A DNA stretch of 64,000 nucleotides from an uncultured bacterium (GTDB lineage Bacteria; Zixibacteria; MSB-5A5; GN15; FEB-12): positions 96,001 through 160,000 of the forward strand of contig CBDVDR010000002.1 of NCBI GenBank assembly GCA_965372795.1, written 5' to 3'. Under the pieces are notes generated by a model, which searched no databases, had not been told where the DNA came from, and saw nothing but the letters and a program-made list of their open reading frames with translations. Shown piece after piece: positions 1 to 10,113 of this stretch. The number at the start of each line of letters is the position of its first letter. Position 1 is the first letter of the stretch. The translations under genes and the position numbers were made by a program.

Positions 1-1
1 T

Positions 2-322
2 GTTGACGGCCGGTTTGTTAATAAAGAAATTATTGAGAACGGACTTGGCTATTTATATTTGTTCAAGGATAATGATCTGTCCAGTTCGGAAATTAAAATA
101 ATGCTGAACAGTCAACGTGATGCTCTTCAAAAAAAACAGGGGATATGGTCAATCAAACATGCTGATGAAGATTATTATTTAAACCCACAGGGATCATTCC
201 GACTTCACCGCCCCGGATGTAAATCTATCCAACGATCTGATAAAAACAAGATGCAAAAATTTTCTGAGAGATTTGATGGTTTTATTCAAGGACTGTCACC
301 TTGTCGTAATTGTAAACCATAG
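2..322 (+). CDS. Partial (5'-truncated) thermonuclease-family protein with C-terminal Ada-like Cys/His metal-binding domain
   Basis: Frame is open from the window start: VDGRFVNKEIIENGLG...GIWS (SNase-like), then HRPGC...GLSPCRNCKP. Confidence 0.65.
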   Translation, partial: VDGRFVNKEIIENGLGYLYLFKDNDLSSSEIKIMLNSQRDALQKKQGIWSIKHADEDYYLNPQGSFRLHRPGCKSIQRSDKNKMQKFSERFDGFIQGLSPCRNCKP

Positions 323-478
323 GTTTTGGGTGTTAGATAGTTTAGTGCCATTAACGCATCAAAATTATATTTAATCATATTATACCAATCAAATTTTTCT
401 TACTCAAAAGAGTGGATTGTTAGGTCGCTGATACGCAATGGTTTTAGTGGGTGATGACCATCCATCTTTAATAGAGAA

Positions 479-494
479 TGTGATGAATATCACA
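479..494. promoter_or_regulatory. CRP/FNR-family binding site
   Basis: TGTGA-tgaata-TCACA, a perfect consensus, about 50 bp upstream of TTGACA (542-547) before the S8 protease gene. Confidence 0.55.
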
Positions 495-756
495 AGCGAT
501 GTGATAGTGCAATTATTTTATGTTTAAAATGAAAATTTAATTTGACAATGTTTAATGATTTGTCTTAACTATAAGCGTAGTCGGATTAAACGTGAATAAA
601 TAATAATCAAAAGACATATATTTTTTTAAAAACTGAACATAATTGTATTAAAAAAACAATATCTACAAGAGCACAACCCTATCCACAAGAACAGGAGGTA
701 ACGGTCGTATAGTTTTTTTAACATAGATTCTCATTAAAATTTTTAGTGGAGGAATT

Positions 757-3700
757 ATGAAGAAGTTTTTAACCGCCATACTACTATTAACTTTTTTCGT
801 TTCCAGTTCGCTTTTTGCGGTGGGTAATGATCAAATTAAACAGGTCGATCGCAGTTTTTCCAAAGATGCACCTGCTTTTTTGGGATATAAGACTGATGAA
901 TTGATTGTTGTCATGAAGGATGATCTTCCTTCGATAAATTTAACCAAATCATCAAAAGGCAATATGGCTCTCGGCATTCCAACGCTGGATGTTATTTCAG
1001 AGAGATTTGCTGTTTCAAATTTTGAACGTCAATTTAAAGGTAGTGAAAATTCTACTAAGAGAGGTGCCTCACAGCTCTCCAGGTATTATAAAGTAAAGAT
1101 TAATGACGGCAAACTTGATGATGCAATGGCAGCTTATGAAGCTGACCCAATGGTTGATCATGTTGAAAAAATCGGAATGCATCTCATGTATGCCACTCCT
1201 AATGATGGTTACTTTGACCCGTACCAGTGGTATCATAATCAGGCTAATGATGATGATTTAGATTCTCCTGAAGCGTGGGATATTCAGACCGGTAATTCAT
1301 CAATAATTCTTGCAATTTTAGATTCCGGAACCCGTTATTACCACCGTGATCTTGGTGGTGGCAGCACCAACCCCGGTAACCCGGGTGCAGCTCGCGGAAA
1401 TATGTGGATTAACGATGCCGAGTTAAACGGTTCTAACGGTGTTGATGATGATGGCAATGGTTATACCGATGACTGGATTGGGTATGATTTTATTTCATCA
1501 ACCAGTAACTGCTGGCCCGGTGAAGATTGTAATACGCAGGATAATGATCCCAGAGATTTTAACGGTCATGGAACCCATACTGCAGGTATTGTTGGTATGA
1601 TTACCAATAACGGCTACGGTATGGCAGGTGTTGCCGGTGGATGGGGAAATGGTTCCGAACAACAGTATGGCAACGGCGTAAAAGTAATGGCATGTCGAAT
1701 GGGCTTCTCCTACAATCATCCAATCTATGGTGAAGTAGGCGTTGTTTATATGGATGCTGCTGCTGAAGCATTTTATTATGCTGCTGACAATGGGGCTACT
1801 ATTGCATCCTGTAGCTGGGGTTCATCAAACTCCGGTGGTATCGCTGCTGCTGCAACATATTTTGTTAATGCCGGTGGGTTGATCTTTGTTGCCTCAGGTA
1901 ACGATGGTTCCCAAAATGCCGGGTATTTAAACAGTCGTAATGATTGTATTTCTGTTTCTGCAACCGATCAAAATGATGGTGCCGCAAGTTTTACAACTTA
2001 CGGAACCTGGGTAGATATTTCTGCTCCGGGTGTTGGAATTTATTCAACCCTGCATGATCATACCGATCCCAATACCGATTATTGGGCATCAATGGACGGA
2101 ACCTCAATGGCATGTCCAATGGCTGCCGGTGTAGCAGCAATGATCTGGTCGCAGAATCCTTCATGGACGGCATCTCAGGTTGAAAATCAATTGTATTCTT
2201 CTGCTGATAATATTGATGCTGAACTTGGTGGTCAATATATTGGTAAAATGGGAGCGGGTCGTGTAAATCTTTATAATGCGGTGAATACCGGTCCTCCTCC
2301 GGCTCCGGTTGCTAACTTTAGTGGTTCGCCTACATCAGGTACCGAGCCATTGAATGTGAATTTTACCGATCTTTCAACCGGAAGTATCACCGATTGGTAC
2401 TGGACTTTTGGTGACGGTGGAACCTCGACCTCCCAGAGTCCTTCGCATACATATACATCTGCCGGGACTTATAATGTAAGTCTTGAAGTTAACGGTCCGG
2501 GCGGTAATGATACGAATACTAAAAACGGATACATTACTGTTGATCCTTGTGTAGCTCCTACAGCAGGATTTACAGGTTCACCGACTTCCGGTGACTATCC
2601 ATTAAATGTAAGTTTCTCAAATAGTTCTTCAGGTGCAACATCGTATAGCTGGGATTTTGGTGACAGTGAAAATTCAACCGCTGCCAATCCGAGCCATACT
2701 TATAATTCAGCTGGAACTTTTACAGTTACTTTAACAGCAACTAATTCATGCGGGTCTGATCAACAGGTCAGAACTAATTACATCACTGTCACAACCCCGC
2801 CGTGTGATCCTCCTGTTGCTGATTTTAATGGTTCACCAACTTCCGGTGATTATCCATTGAACGTAAGTTTCACAGATGCCTCAACCAACAGCCCGACTTC
2901 ATGGAGTTGGACCTTTGGTGAAGGTGGTACATCAACATCGCAAAATCCGAGCTATATATATACAGCTGCAGGCACATATACTGTGACAATGACAGCAACC
3001 AATAGTTGTGGTTCAGATGGCGTGACTAAAGTTGATTATGTTACAGTAACCGAACCAAGTCCGGTTGGGTCAGTGTATGCGTTGTCTGATATTGTTATCG
3101 CGGGTACAGTAAGCGGGAATTACACCAATACTCAAAGCAGTGATAATTCTTATGAGTCTATTACTGAAAGAGAATCTGGTGGTAAACCTGCTAACAGAAA
3201 CAGTTATCTGGAACATAAGTGGAATTTCAATGTTCCCTCAAGTTCAGCTCTGACTTTTTATGTGGAAGGTTATCGTCCGAACAATGCTGAAGGTGATAAC
3301 TTTACTTTTGCATATTCAACTGATAATAATAACTTTACTAATCTGGTGACGGTTAACAGTGCAACCGAACAGGTTTATTCAGCTTCGATTCCTTCAAGTG
3401 TTTTCGGAACAGTTTATATTAGAGTGGTTGACACCGACCAGAGTACAGGTGCGAAAAATCTTGATGCTGTATATATTGATGAGATGTATATTGAATATTC
3501 ATCGGTACCGGTTGCTCCGGTTGCAGATTTCTCGGGATCGCCAACTTCTGGAAGCTCACCCTTAAATGTCAGCTTTACAGATTTATCATCCGGTAATCCA
3601 ACATCATGGAGCTGGACTTTTGGTGACGGTGGTAATTCAACCGCACAAAATCCATCCTACACCTATAATTCCATAGGCACTTATTCCGTGTCATTAACTG

Positions 3701-4380
3701 CTACCAATGCCAACGGGTCAGATGGTGTAACTAAAACTGATTATATCACTGTCTCAGCAACGGCTTCTGATATGCATGTAAATGCTAATACAGTAACAAG
3801 GGCAGTTAATAAGAAGAAGGGAAGAGGCGCAGCCACTATTGTGATCTTTGATTCCAATAGTCAGCCGGTTGCAAATGCAACGGTATTTGTAAACTTTGAC
3901 GGTCCCAATGCCGGATCATTAAGCGGCTTGACTGCTACTGATGGTTCAGTTTCATTTAATACGCCATGGAAAACAAATCCTGGTGGCGAATGGTGTTTTG
4001 AAGTTACTAATGTAACTCATGCATCATTAGCTTACAACTCGGGCGACAATGTTGTAACTCGTTCTTGTGAGAGCGGACCGGCTTTCAAGAATGAAGGTTT
4101 GAATAGTTTGATGCCTGAGGCTTATGCCTTGCAGCAGAATTATCCAAATCCGTTTAACCCGGCAACCGGCATCAGTTTCAGTCTGCCACAAAGCGGACAT
4201 GTTAGTTTGACGATATATAATGTCGCGGGCCAACAGGTTGAGGTTTTGGTCAACGGTGTTATGAATGCCGGATACCATACGGTTGAATGGGACGGCTCAA
4301 GTTATTCATCGGGAGTTTATCTCTATCGTTTGAATACAACCAATTTTGCTGATACTAAGAAAATGGTTCTGATTAAGTAA
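757..4380 (+). CDS. Secreted S8 (subtilase) serine protease with 4 PKD domains and C-terminal FlgD-Ig/T9SS-like sorting domain
   Basis: Signal peptide; triad ILDSG/HGTHTAG/GTSMACP; four PVAxFxGSPTSG...WTFGDG repeats; QNYPNPFNP...KKMVLIK; RBS GGAGG. Confidence 0.92.
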   Translation: MKKFLTAILLLTFFVSSSLFAVGNDQIKQVDRSFSKDAPAFLGYKTDELIVVMKDDLPSINLTKSSKGNMALGIPTLDVISERFAVSNFERQFKGSENSTKRGASQLSRYYKVKINDGKLDDAMAAYEADPMVDHVEKIGMHLMYATPNDGYFDPYQWYHNQANDDDLDSPEAWDIQTGNSSIILAILDSGTRYYHRDLGGGSTNPGNPGAARGNMWINDAELNGSNGVDDDGNGYTDDWIGYDFISSTSNCWPGEDCNTQDNDPRDFNGHGTHTAGIVGMITNNGYGMAGVAGGWGNGSEQQYGNGVKVMACRMGFSYNHPIYGEVGVVYMDAAAEAFYYAADNGATIASCSWGSSNSGGIAAAATYFVNAGGLIFVASGNDGSQNAGYLNSRNDCISVSATDQNDGAASFTTYGTWVDISAPGVGIYSTLHDHTDPNTDYWASMDGTSMACPMAAGVAAMIWSQNPSWTASQVENQLYSSADNIDAELGGQYIGKMGAGRVNLYNAVNTGPPPAPVANFSGSPTSGTEPLNVNFTDLSTGSITDWYWTFGDGGTSTSQSPSHTYTSAGTYNVSLEVNGPGGNDTNTKNGYITVDPCVAPTAGFTGSPTSGDYPLNVSFSNSSSGATSYSWDFGDSENSTAANPSHTYNSAGTFTVTLTATNSCGSDQQVRTNYITVTTPPCDPPVADFNGSPTSGDYPLNVSFTDASTNSPTSWSWTFGEGGTSTSQNPSYIYTAAGTYTVTMTATNSCGSDGVTKVDYVTVTEPSPVGSVYALSDIVIAGTVSGNYTNTQSSDNSYESITERESGGKPANRNSYLEHKWNFNVPSSSALTFYVEGYRPNNAEGDNFTFAYSTDNNNFTNLVTVNSATEQVYSASIPSSVFGTVYIRVVDTDQSTGAKNLDAVYIDEMYIEYSSVPVAPVADFSGSPTSGSSPLNVSFTDLSSGNPTSWSWTFGDGGNSTAQNPSYTYNSIGTYSVSLTATNANGSDGVTKTDYITVSATASDMHVNANTVTRAVNKKKGRGAATIVIFDSNSQPVANATVFVNFDGPNAGSLSGLTATDGSVSFNTPWKTNPGGEWCFEVTNVTHASLAYNSGDNVVTRSCESGPAFKNEGLNSLMPEAYALQQNYPNPFNPATGISFSLPQSGHVSLTIYNVAGQQVEVLVNGVMNAGYHTVEWDGSSYSSGVYLYRLNTTNFADTKKMVLIK

Positions 4381-4412
4381 GAACTGAATATACTCACCTA
4401 TATTCTTCTAAT

Positions 4413-4443
4413 AAAGTACCCGGTTTTCCGGGTACTTTTTTTT
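4413..4443 (+). terminator. Rho-independent terminator
   Basis: AAAGTACCCGG-tttt-CCGGGTACTTT followed by T-run. Confidence 0.85.
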
Positions 4444-4542
4444 ATGGCTTCATTTGTATAATTTTGTATAATAGGTATCAAATTATATCGTCTGACTAAA
4501 CAGACTTCGTCTGACTGAATAATTATTTATTGGGATATATAT

Positions 4543-5163
4543 ATGATGAAATTAAAAGTTATATTATTGATACTGATGATAGTGCCGTCTGTTTTTGGGC
4601 ACAGTAAATCAAATTACCTGACTCCTCCCGAAGATTCGGCTGATACCGAAAATATGCGAATATGGGTGCCGGTTGAAAGGAGCACTAATTGTCGAATCAT
4701 GATTGATATTTTTGACAGCAAAGGTCAAATGATCCGACAGTTTATTAACAAGAACCATCCGGTCGGATACTATAATTATTTTTGGGATAAAAAAGATGAC
4801 AATAAGTTGTATGTGGATGAAGGTGATTATAAGTATCGGATACAGGGGTGCGGGCTTGATAAGAGCGGGACGCTCAAAGTTATTTATAAAAAGTGGGAGA
4901 GATTTTGTACGGTTGATTTATTTCCCGGTAAAAAACCGGAAGGCTTAAATTTTACCCTAAAAAGAGATTCTGCTTTAATCTCCATAGACATTCATTATTT
5001 CACCGGAAAACTTATTGATAAGCCTATCATTGATTCGGTGATGAACCGGGGTTCGCATAAATTTCATTGGCAGCCGCCGGAATCGGTTTTGCCGGGAAGA
5101 TATAAAGTAAAAATCTATGTCGGTGATATAATGGAAACCTTTATTATTTGGAATCTTAAATGA
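4543..5163 (+). CDS. Secreted protein with two FlgD-Ig-like domains
   Basis: Signal peptide; IDIFDSKGQMIR...YFWDKKD...GDYKY and a second similar unit ending PGRYKVKI. Confidence 0.6.
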   Translation: MMKLKVILLILMIVPSVFGHSKSNYLTPPEDSADTENMRIWVPVERSTNCRIMIDIFDSKGQMIRQFINKNHPVGYYNYFWDKKDDNKLYVDEGDYKYRIQGCGLDKSGTLKVIYKKWERFCTVDLFPGKKPEGLNFTLKRDSALISIDIHYFTGKLIDKPIIDSVMNRGSHKFHWQPPESVLPGRYKVKIYVGDIMETFIIWNLK

Positions 5164-5624
5164 ACCGATGGTTAAAATATTCCTTTCTGGTTTTGACGCT
5201 GTTGTTGTTTTTGTCAAGTTGCGGCAAAAAACAGACAATGATCTACAGTCAGCCGGAATTGCCAGGTGCGGTTTACTATCAAAAAGCCTGGGTTGAACCA
5301 AAGATAATTTTGTCTGATACTTTAATTACTTTGATAAAAGCCGAACGGATCGATTCATTTTTGGTTAAGACCCCTTCAAAGCTTACGACCCGAATGGATA
5401 ATTCAATTCAGTTTGAAGTGACGCAGGACAGTTGCTATACTTATGCCAATTTGTTAAATGCCAAAGGACAGGTCATTGAAGTGCTGATGACCGAATATCT
5501 GTCCAAAGGATTTTATAAGCTGAATTGTGATGTCGGGCGGATCAATTTTGAAAATAATAAGGCCGGTTATTTCTTTATCAAAGGGCGTTATTGCGGGTCT
5601 GAGATTTCCCGAAAAATCCCCTGA
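5160..5624 (+). CDS. Lipoprotein with FlgD-Ig-like C-terminal domain
   Basis: Lipobox LSSC; LLNAKGQVIEVL...KGFY...AGYFFIK; overlaps the upstream stop (ATGA). Confidence 0.6.
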   Translation: MNRWLKYSFLVLTLLLFLSSCGKKQTMIYSQPELPGAVYYQKAWVEPKIILSDTLITLIKAERIDSFLVKTPSKLTTRMDNSIQFEVTQDSCYTYANLLNAKGQVIEVLMTEYLSKGFYKLNCDVGRINFENNKAGYFFIKGRYCGSEISRKIP

Positions 5625-5766
5625 ATCGTTTGTAATTCAACAATATTCATCAATAAATCTGTCTAATATTTGCGCAGGAATCGCCTTAACCAGTATGGGG
5701 ATAAGCCGATAATTCTTAAGTAGACAAAATAATTAGGTAAACAATTTTACGCCCTTAGGAGTATGC

Positions 5767-7149
5767 ATGCCAAATATACTTGTTGTCGATGACAAAGATT
5801 CTATGCGCAATATGCTCCAGCAAACCCTTATTGAAGAAGGGCACCGGGTTGATGCTGTTGAGAGTGGCGAAAAAGCACTGGAACTTGTCCAGAATAAATC
5901 ATACGATCTTGTTTTAACCGATTTAAAAATGCCTAATATGGGCGGACTCGAAGTTTTATCAGGCGTCAAGGATGTCGATGCTGACACTTCGGTTATCGTC
6001 ATGACCGCTTATGGAACTATTGAAGATGCGGTTCAGGCAATGAGAAACGGGGCTTATGATTTTATTACCAAGCCTTTTGATACCGAACATCTTTGTGTCC
6101 TGGTAAATAGAGCGATTGAAAACAGACGGATGGTTGCTGAGAATGCTCTGTTAAGAGAAGCCCAGATGGATGATTCGGGGCTGGATCAGATTATTGGTAA
6201 AAATTCGAGCATGATGGAGATAAGCAATTTAATTCGCAAGGTTGCCAAGTCGGATGCTTCGGTTTTACTTCAGGGCGAATCAGGAACCGGTAAAGAACTT
6301 TTTGCCAAAGCTATTCATAAAATTTCTCATCGTGAAGATGGTCCTTATATAGCCATTAATTGTGCCGCAATTCCTCATGAACTGTTAGAGAATGAATTAT
6401 TCGGATCGGAAAAAGGCGCCTTTACGGGTGCTCATGCCAGAAAGATGGGTAAGTTTGAAATAGCGAATGGTGGTTCGATATTTTTAGATGAAATCGGCGA
6501 TATGGATATCTCTTTACAGGCAAAATTATTGAGAGTTCTCCAGCAGAAAAATTTTGAACGACTGGGCGGAACAAAAACCGTTGATGTTGATGTCAGAGTT
6601 ATTGCCGCGACCAATATGGATTTGACCCAGCTTATTAAAGAGAAAAAATTCAGAGAAGATTTATTTTATCGTCTGTCGGTATTCCCGATAACAATTCCGC
6701 CGTTAAAAGATCGGATTGATGATGTCAGAGAACTGGCTGATTTTTTCATCATGAAATTCTGTCGTGAGATGAAAAAACCGTCAAAGTCTTTGTCGAAAGA
6801 TGCTGTCGGAATTTTAGAAAAATATCACTGGCCCGGAAATGTGCGTGAACTTGAAAATACCATGGAACGGGCAGTCATACTCGCCGAAGGCAAAAAAATA
6901 ACGCCCGAACAGTTGGCGATCAGAATCAGACGCACCGATGAGATTCAGTTAAGAGATGGATCGGGATTAAAAGAGATTGGCGCCCATGCCCAGATGGTTG
7001 CTGAAAAAGGAACCATTATCAGAGTGCTCAAAGATGTGCGTGGCAATAAACGGAAATGTGCCAAGGTTTTACAAATTGATTACACAACTCTGTTTGATAA
7101 AATCAAAAAATACGGGGTTGAAAAAGAGATGTACCCCGGTAAAGAGTAG
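5767..7149 (+). CDS. NtrC/AtoC-family sigma54-dependent response regulator
   Basis: REC domain (VVDD, TDLKMP), Walker A GESGTGKE, GAFTGA, WPGNVREL, Fis-type HTH. Confidence 0.95.
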   Translation: MPNILVVDDKDSMRNMLQQTLIEEGHRVDAVESGEKALELVQNKSYDLVLTDLKMPNMGGLEVLSGVKDVDADTSVIVMTAYGTIEDAVQAMRNGAYDFITKPFDTEHLCVLVNRAIENRRMVAENALLREAQMDDSGLDQIIGKNSSMMEISNLIRKVAKSDASVLLQGESGTGKELFAKAIHKISHREDGPYIAINCAAIPHELLENELFGSEKGAFTGAHARKMGKFEIANGGSIFLDEIGDMDISLQAKLLRVLQQKNFERLGGTKTVDVDVRVIAATNMDLTQLIKEKKFREDLFYRLSVFPITIPPLKDRIDDVRELADFFIMKFCREMKKPSKSLSKDAVGILEKYHWPGNVRELENTMERAVILAEGKKITPEQLAIRIRRTDEIQLRDGSGLKEIGAHAQMVAEKGTIIRVLKDVRGNKRKCAKVLQIDYTTLFDKIKKYGVEKEMYPGKE

Positions 7150-7216
7150 TCGTTGTAAATTTGCAGAGCAGTTTTTTTTGTTCTGTGTTTATATATAGAT
7201 CGTATTTTACCTCGCA

Positions 7217-7250
7217 AAATAGCCGCTCCGACACAGGCGGCTATTTTTTT
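7217..7250 (+). terminator. Rho-independent terminator, probably bidirectional
   Basis: AAAATAGCCGC...GCGGCTATTTT between convergent genes. Confidence 0.75.
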
Positions 7251-7296
7251 CACACTTCGTGTGTTTTTATGGGGCGAGGTGAGAACGTCTGCCCCA
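7251..7296. repeat. CACACTTCGTGTG mini-hairpin plus degenerate ATGGGG...CGTCTGCCCC REP-like hairpin
   Basis: Same unit recurs at 9020-9082 and, degenerate, at about 59307-59347. Confidence 0.7.
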
Positions 7297-7309
7297 AAAA
7301 AAAATAAAA

Positions 7310-7978
7310 TTATTTGCCAAAACTATTAATGTAATCTTGCCTTTTTTTAACCCAGTCAATAGTCTTTTTAGAATTCATTGTTTTATAATCATTAATTAAT
7401 ATTATTAAATTATCTTCAATAAATTCTTTTATAGTTTCTTTAAAAGTGGAACGAGGTGTTACTCCATATATAGTTTCTTTCCAAATATTACATGTAACAC
7501 CCGGAAGACCAATAATTTTATTAAATGTATTAGATTGCCGCCTTGAATAAACTAAGTTTTCTGAAACGCTCAAAGTATACATGAATACAATATTTTTAGA
7601 GAGTCTTCCATCCTCAAATTCAGTTTCAAAATAACTTATATTACAATTTAATGTTGGTACATTATATAAACAACTATCATTATATGTCTCTTCGTATGTT
7701 AAATATTCTTTAATTTCATGCTCTTTTAAGGCTAGTCCTATTTGAGATTTAAAGAGAGCTTCTGTGCCAAATTTAACTGGAAATTTATCATTAATAGTAA
7801 CTGTTACAAAGAAGCCATCAACGGCATATAAAGGGATTTCTCTTCCTGAGAACAATTCAGATAAATTAAAACTTTGATCATCTTCCCCAAGTAATAATAT
7901 TGGAAGAAATATAAGCAACCCAAAACTAAAGGCTAAATACTTAACATATTTCATTGTGTCACTCCTATATATGTACAA
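7310..7978 (-). CDS. AT-rich hypothetical exported protein (start possibly at MKYVKY)
   Basis: 222-aa ORF with N-terminal hydrophobic segment; no recognised family. Confidence 0.7.
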   Translation of the reverse strand: MYIYRSDTMKYVKYLAFSFGLLIFLPILLLGEDDQSFNLSELFSGREIPLYAVDGFFVTVTINDKFPVKFGTEALFKSQIGLALKEHEIKEYLTYEETYNDSCLYNVPTLNCNISYFETEFEDGRLSKNIVFMYTLSVSENLVYSRRQSNTFNKIIGLPGVTCNIWKETIYGVTPRSTFKETIKEFIEDNLIILINDYKTMNSKKTIDWVKKRQDYINSFGK

Positions 7979-8013
7979 TATAAAAAAAAATAATTAATCA
8001 ATCAACTTACATA

Positions 8014-8616
8014 TCAATTTGAGCAATCTTGGTATCCACCACTCGTAAATTCAATTGAGTGAATGAAAGCATTTTTATGGTATCCATATAATGAGATATA
8101 ATACAGTTCTATCTTACCACAACCTGCAATACTTTCTGGGAATCTATTATAATTTCCCGGCATTGGTCTACTTTTGATAAATCTTTCAATTGTACCGTCA
8201 CCAAGGTTTAAAACAATTACTATATTTTGTGCAACAGCATTACCGAAGTTTTGAAGCCTAATTGAAAAGGATGTAGATTGTAAAGGATTTTGAGCAGATC
8301 CGTTTACTGTCGCACTCAAAATAAAACCAGTTACATTTGCAAAACCAATAATTGGAGTTTGATCAATATAAATAGTATCAATTATATAGACATAAAATGA
8401 ATCGGGAGGTGAATATATATTTATTGTATCAATAACAAGAACAGTATCTTGAATATATAATGTATCAATCATCAAGATCGTATCATGAAAAAAAACGGTA
8501 TCAATACTTTCATTAGCTACATTTTTTTCAGGTTCCAATACAGATTTATTAGAACACGAGAATAAAAAAATAAGGAATAGCAATGATAACCCTTTTAGAT
8601 TTATGCTAATAGTCAT
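8014..8616 (-). CDS. AT-rich hypothetical lipoprotein with DT(V/I/L) hexapeptide repeats
   Basis: Lipobox LFSC; DTVFFH-DTILMI-DTLYIQ-DTVLVI-DTINIY; C-terminal Ig-like region. Confidence 0.7.
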   Translation of the reverse strand: MTISINLKGLSLLFLIFLFSCSNKSVLEPEKNVANESIDTVFFHDTILMIDTLYIQDTVLVIDTINIYSPPDSFYVYIIDTIYIDQTPIIGFANVTGFILSATVNGSAQNPLQSTSFSIRLQNFGNAVAQNIVIVLNLGDGTIERFIKSRPMPGNYNRFPESIAGCGKIELYYISLYGYHKNAFIHSIEFTSGGYQDCSN

Positions 8617-8823
8617 ATTTTAAAACCTCATAATACTAATAAATAAAATTGTTTATTTACAGCATAATTATTGAATCTCTTTGTACATATATATGAGCCT
8701 ATTTTTTTATTATCTATTATTTCCCTACTCACACCCTATGCTGTAGATCTCTATCAATTATAATCAATATAGGATATATGTACCGTTTAGTCAATAAATA
8801 ACGATCTCCATCCTACACACAAA

Positions 8824-9234
8824 TGTCGAAACCACAGGGGTTTCGACCTACTCAAGAATAATATTTGAAAGAGTTATCTGTATTGGTCAGGTCTCCAAGA
8901 GAACACACTTCGTGTGTTGATGGGGTAGACGAGATGGCAGGATCACAGGAATCCTGCCCTACAAAGAAAATCAGCTGTCGGGTCACAATTTACCTTTGGT
9001 AAATCAGGACCCAACAGAACACACTTCGTGTGGTTTATGGGGCAGACGAGCACACGAGATGTGGTTGGCGTCTGCCGCCCACGAAACACACTTCGTGTGT
9101 TGATGGGGTAGACGAGATGGCAGGATCCCTGTGATCCTGCCCTACAAAGAAAATCAACTGAACCCTATGGAAGACTGTCGGGTCACAATTTGCCTTTGGC
9201 AAATCAGGACCCAACAGAACACACTTCGTGTGTT
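8824..9234. repeat. Mosaic cluster of REP-like hairpins with an internal ~130-150 bp duplication (8902-9032 / 9085-9232)
   Basis: Hairpins ending in CCTAC (GTAGG foot on minus strand) at 8824-8851, 8936-8962 and 9119-9145; long hairpins at 8976-9016 and 9176-9216; four CACACTTCGTGTG copies. Confidence 0.85.
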
Positions 9235-9457
9235 TTTTTTCTGGCGTAGTTTGAAGATGTGTTAATTTCTAAGCCACATTGGGGCAGACAGGGATTTATA
9301 ATAGCTGTAACTTTCTTATTGACAAAAACAGCTTTTTTTCAGAAATTTTACTTTATTGGAGATTCACCTCGGGTACATACATGATTCCTGCCAGGTACTT
9401 CAAGCTCAAGCACCACGATAACGCCTGGCTTTTGTTTTTATTTTTAATAGAGGTTTT

Positions 9458-9979
9458 ATGACTACCTCAATTGTTAACAAGCCAGTATTGCTGCTAAATC
9501 AAAATTATGAACCGTTACAGATATGTTCTGTCCGGCGGGCCTTCGTTTTAGTCTTTCAAGGTAAAGCCGAATTGATCGAAAAAGCTGATGGACTTATACT
9601 TAGAAGCATTTCGAAAGATTATCCGCTGCCTTCGGTGGTGCGACTCTGGCATTATAAAAACGTGCCCCAAAAAACCGTTTTGTTGAGCCGGAAGAATATT
9701 TTTTCGCGTGACTCTAATCAATGTCAATACTGCGGTACTACAAAAGGACCGCTAACTATAGATCATGTCATCCCAAAACGGCATGGGGGAGAAGACACCT
9801 GGGATAATCTGGTTTCAGCCTGTGTCCGATGTAACAGCAAAAAAGGTCATAAAACCCCCGAACAAGTAAATATGCTGCTCCTCAAAGCACCCAGCCGACC
9901 GACATTTATTACCTTTATTCAGCGTAATATACAGATCTCAGACCGATGGCGGCCGTTCCTTTTTATGGACGCCTCGTAA
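9458..9979 (+). CDS. HNH endonuclease (McrA/COG1403-like)
   Basis: VLLLNQNYEPL N-terminus; RD..CQYCG...TIDHVIP...GG..W.NLV.AC..CN..KG. Confidence 0.9.
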   Translation: MTTSIVNKPVLLLNQNYEPLQICSVRRAFVLVFQGKAELIEKADGLILRSISKDYPLPSVVRLWHYKNVPQKTVLLSRKNIFSRDSNQCQYCGTTKGPLTIDHVIPKRHGGEDTWDNLVSACVRCNSKKGHKTPEQVNMLLLKAPSRPTFITFIQRNIQISDRWRPFLFMDAS

Positions 9980-10113
9980 GCTCAAGCGGTCTAACGCAGT
10001 AGCCACCCGAAAAAATATAAAACTCTCTGAAGTTTTTAATTGATTTAATTTTGCAATTATTGTAATTTCAGCCCTAATTAGGATAGTTATGTTCTGGCTT
10101 TGGAAAGGCGGAT

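Noticed and set aside
336..350. Minus-strand TGGCAC as a sigma54 promoter
   Set aside because: No GC at the -12 position and no downstream gene in that orientation
8976..9216. Integron attC sites
   Set aside because: The GTCGGGT...ACCCAAC ends are in the opposite order to RYYYAAC...GTTRRRY, no ORFs lie between copies and no integrase is present
8824..9234. CRISPR array
   Set aside because: The repeat is only 13-17 bp, spacing is irregular, the intervening sequences are themselves repeated hairpins rather than unique spacers, and there are no cas genes
9458..9979. IscB/Cas9-like RNA-guided nuclease
   Set aside because: Only 173 aa, with no RuvC motifs or PLMP domain; fits a stand-alone HNH family
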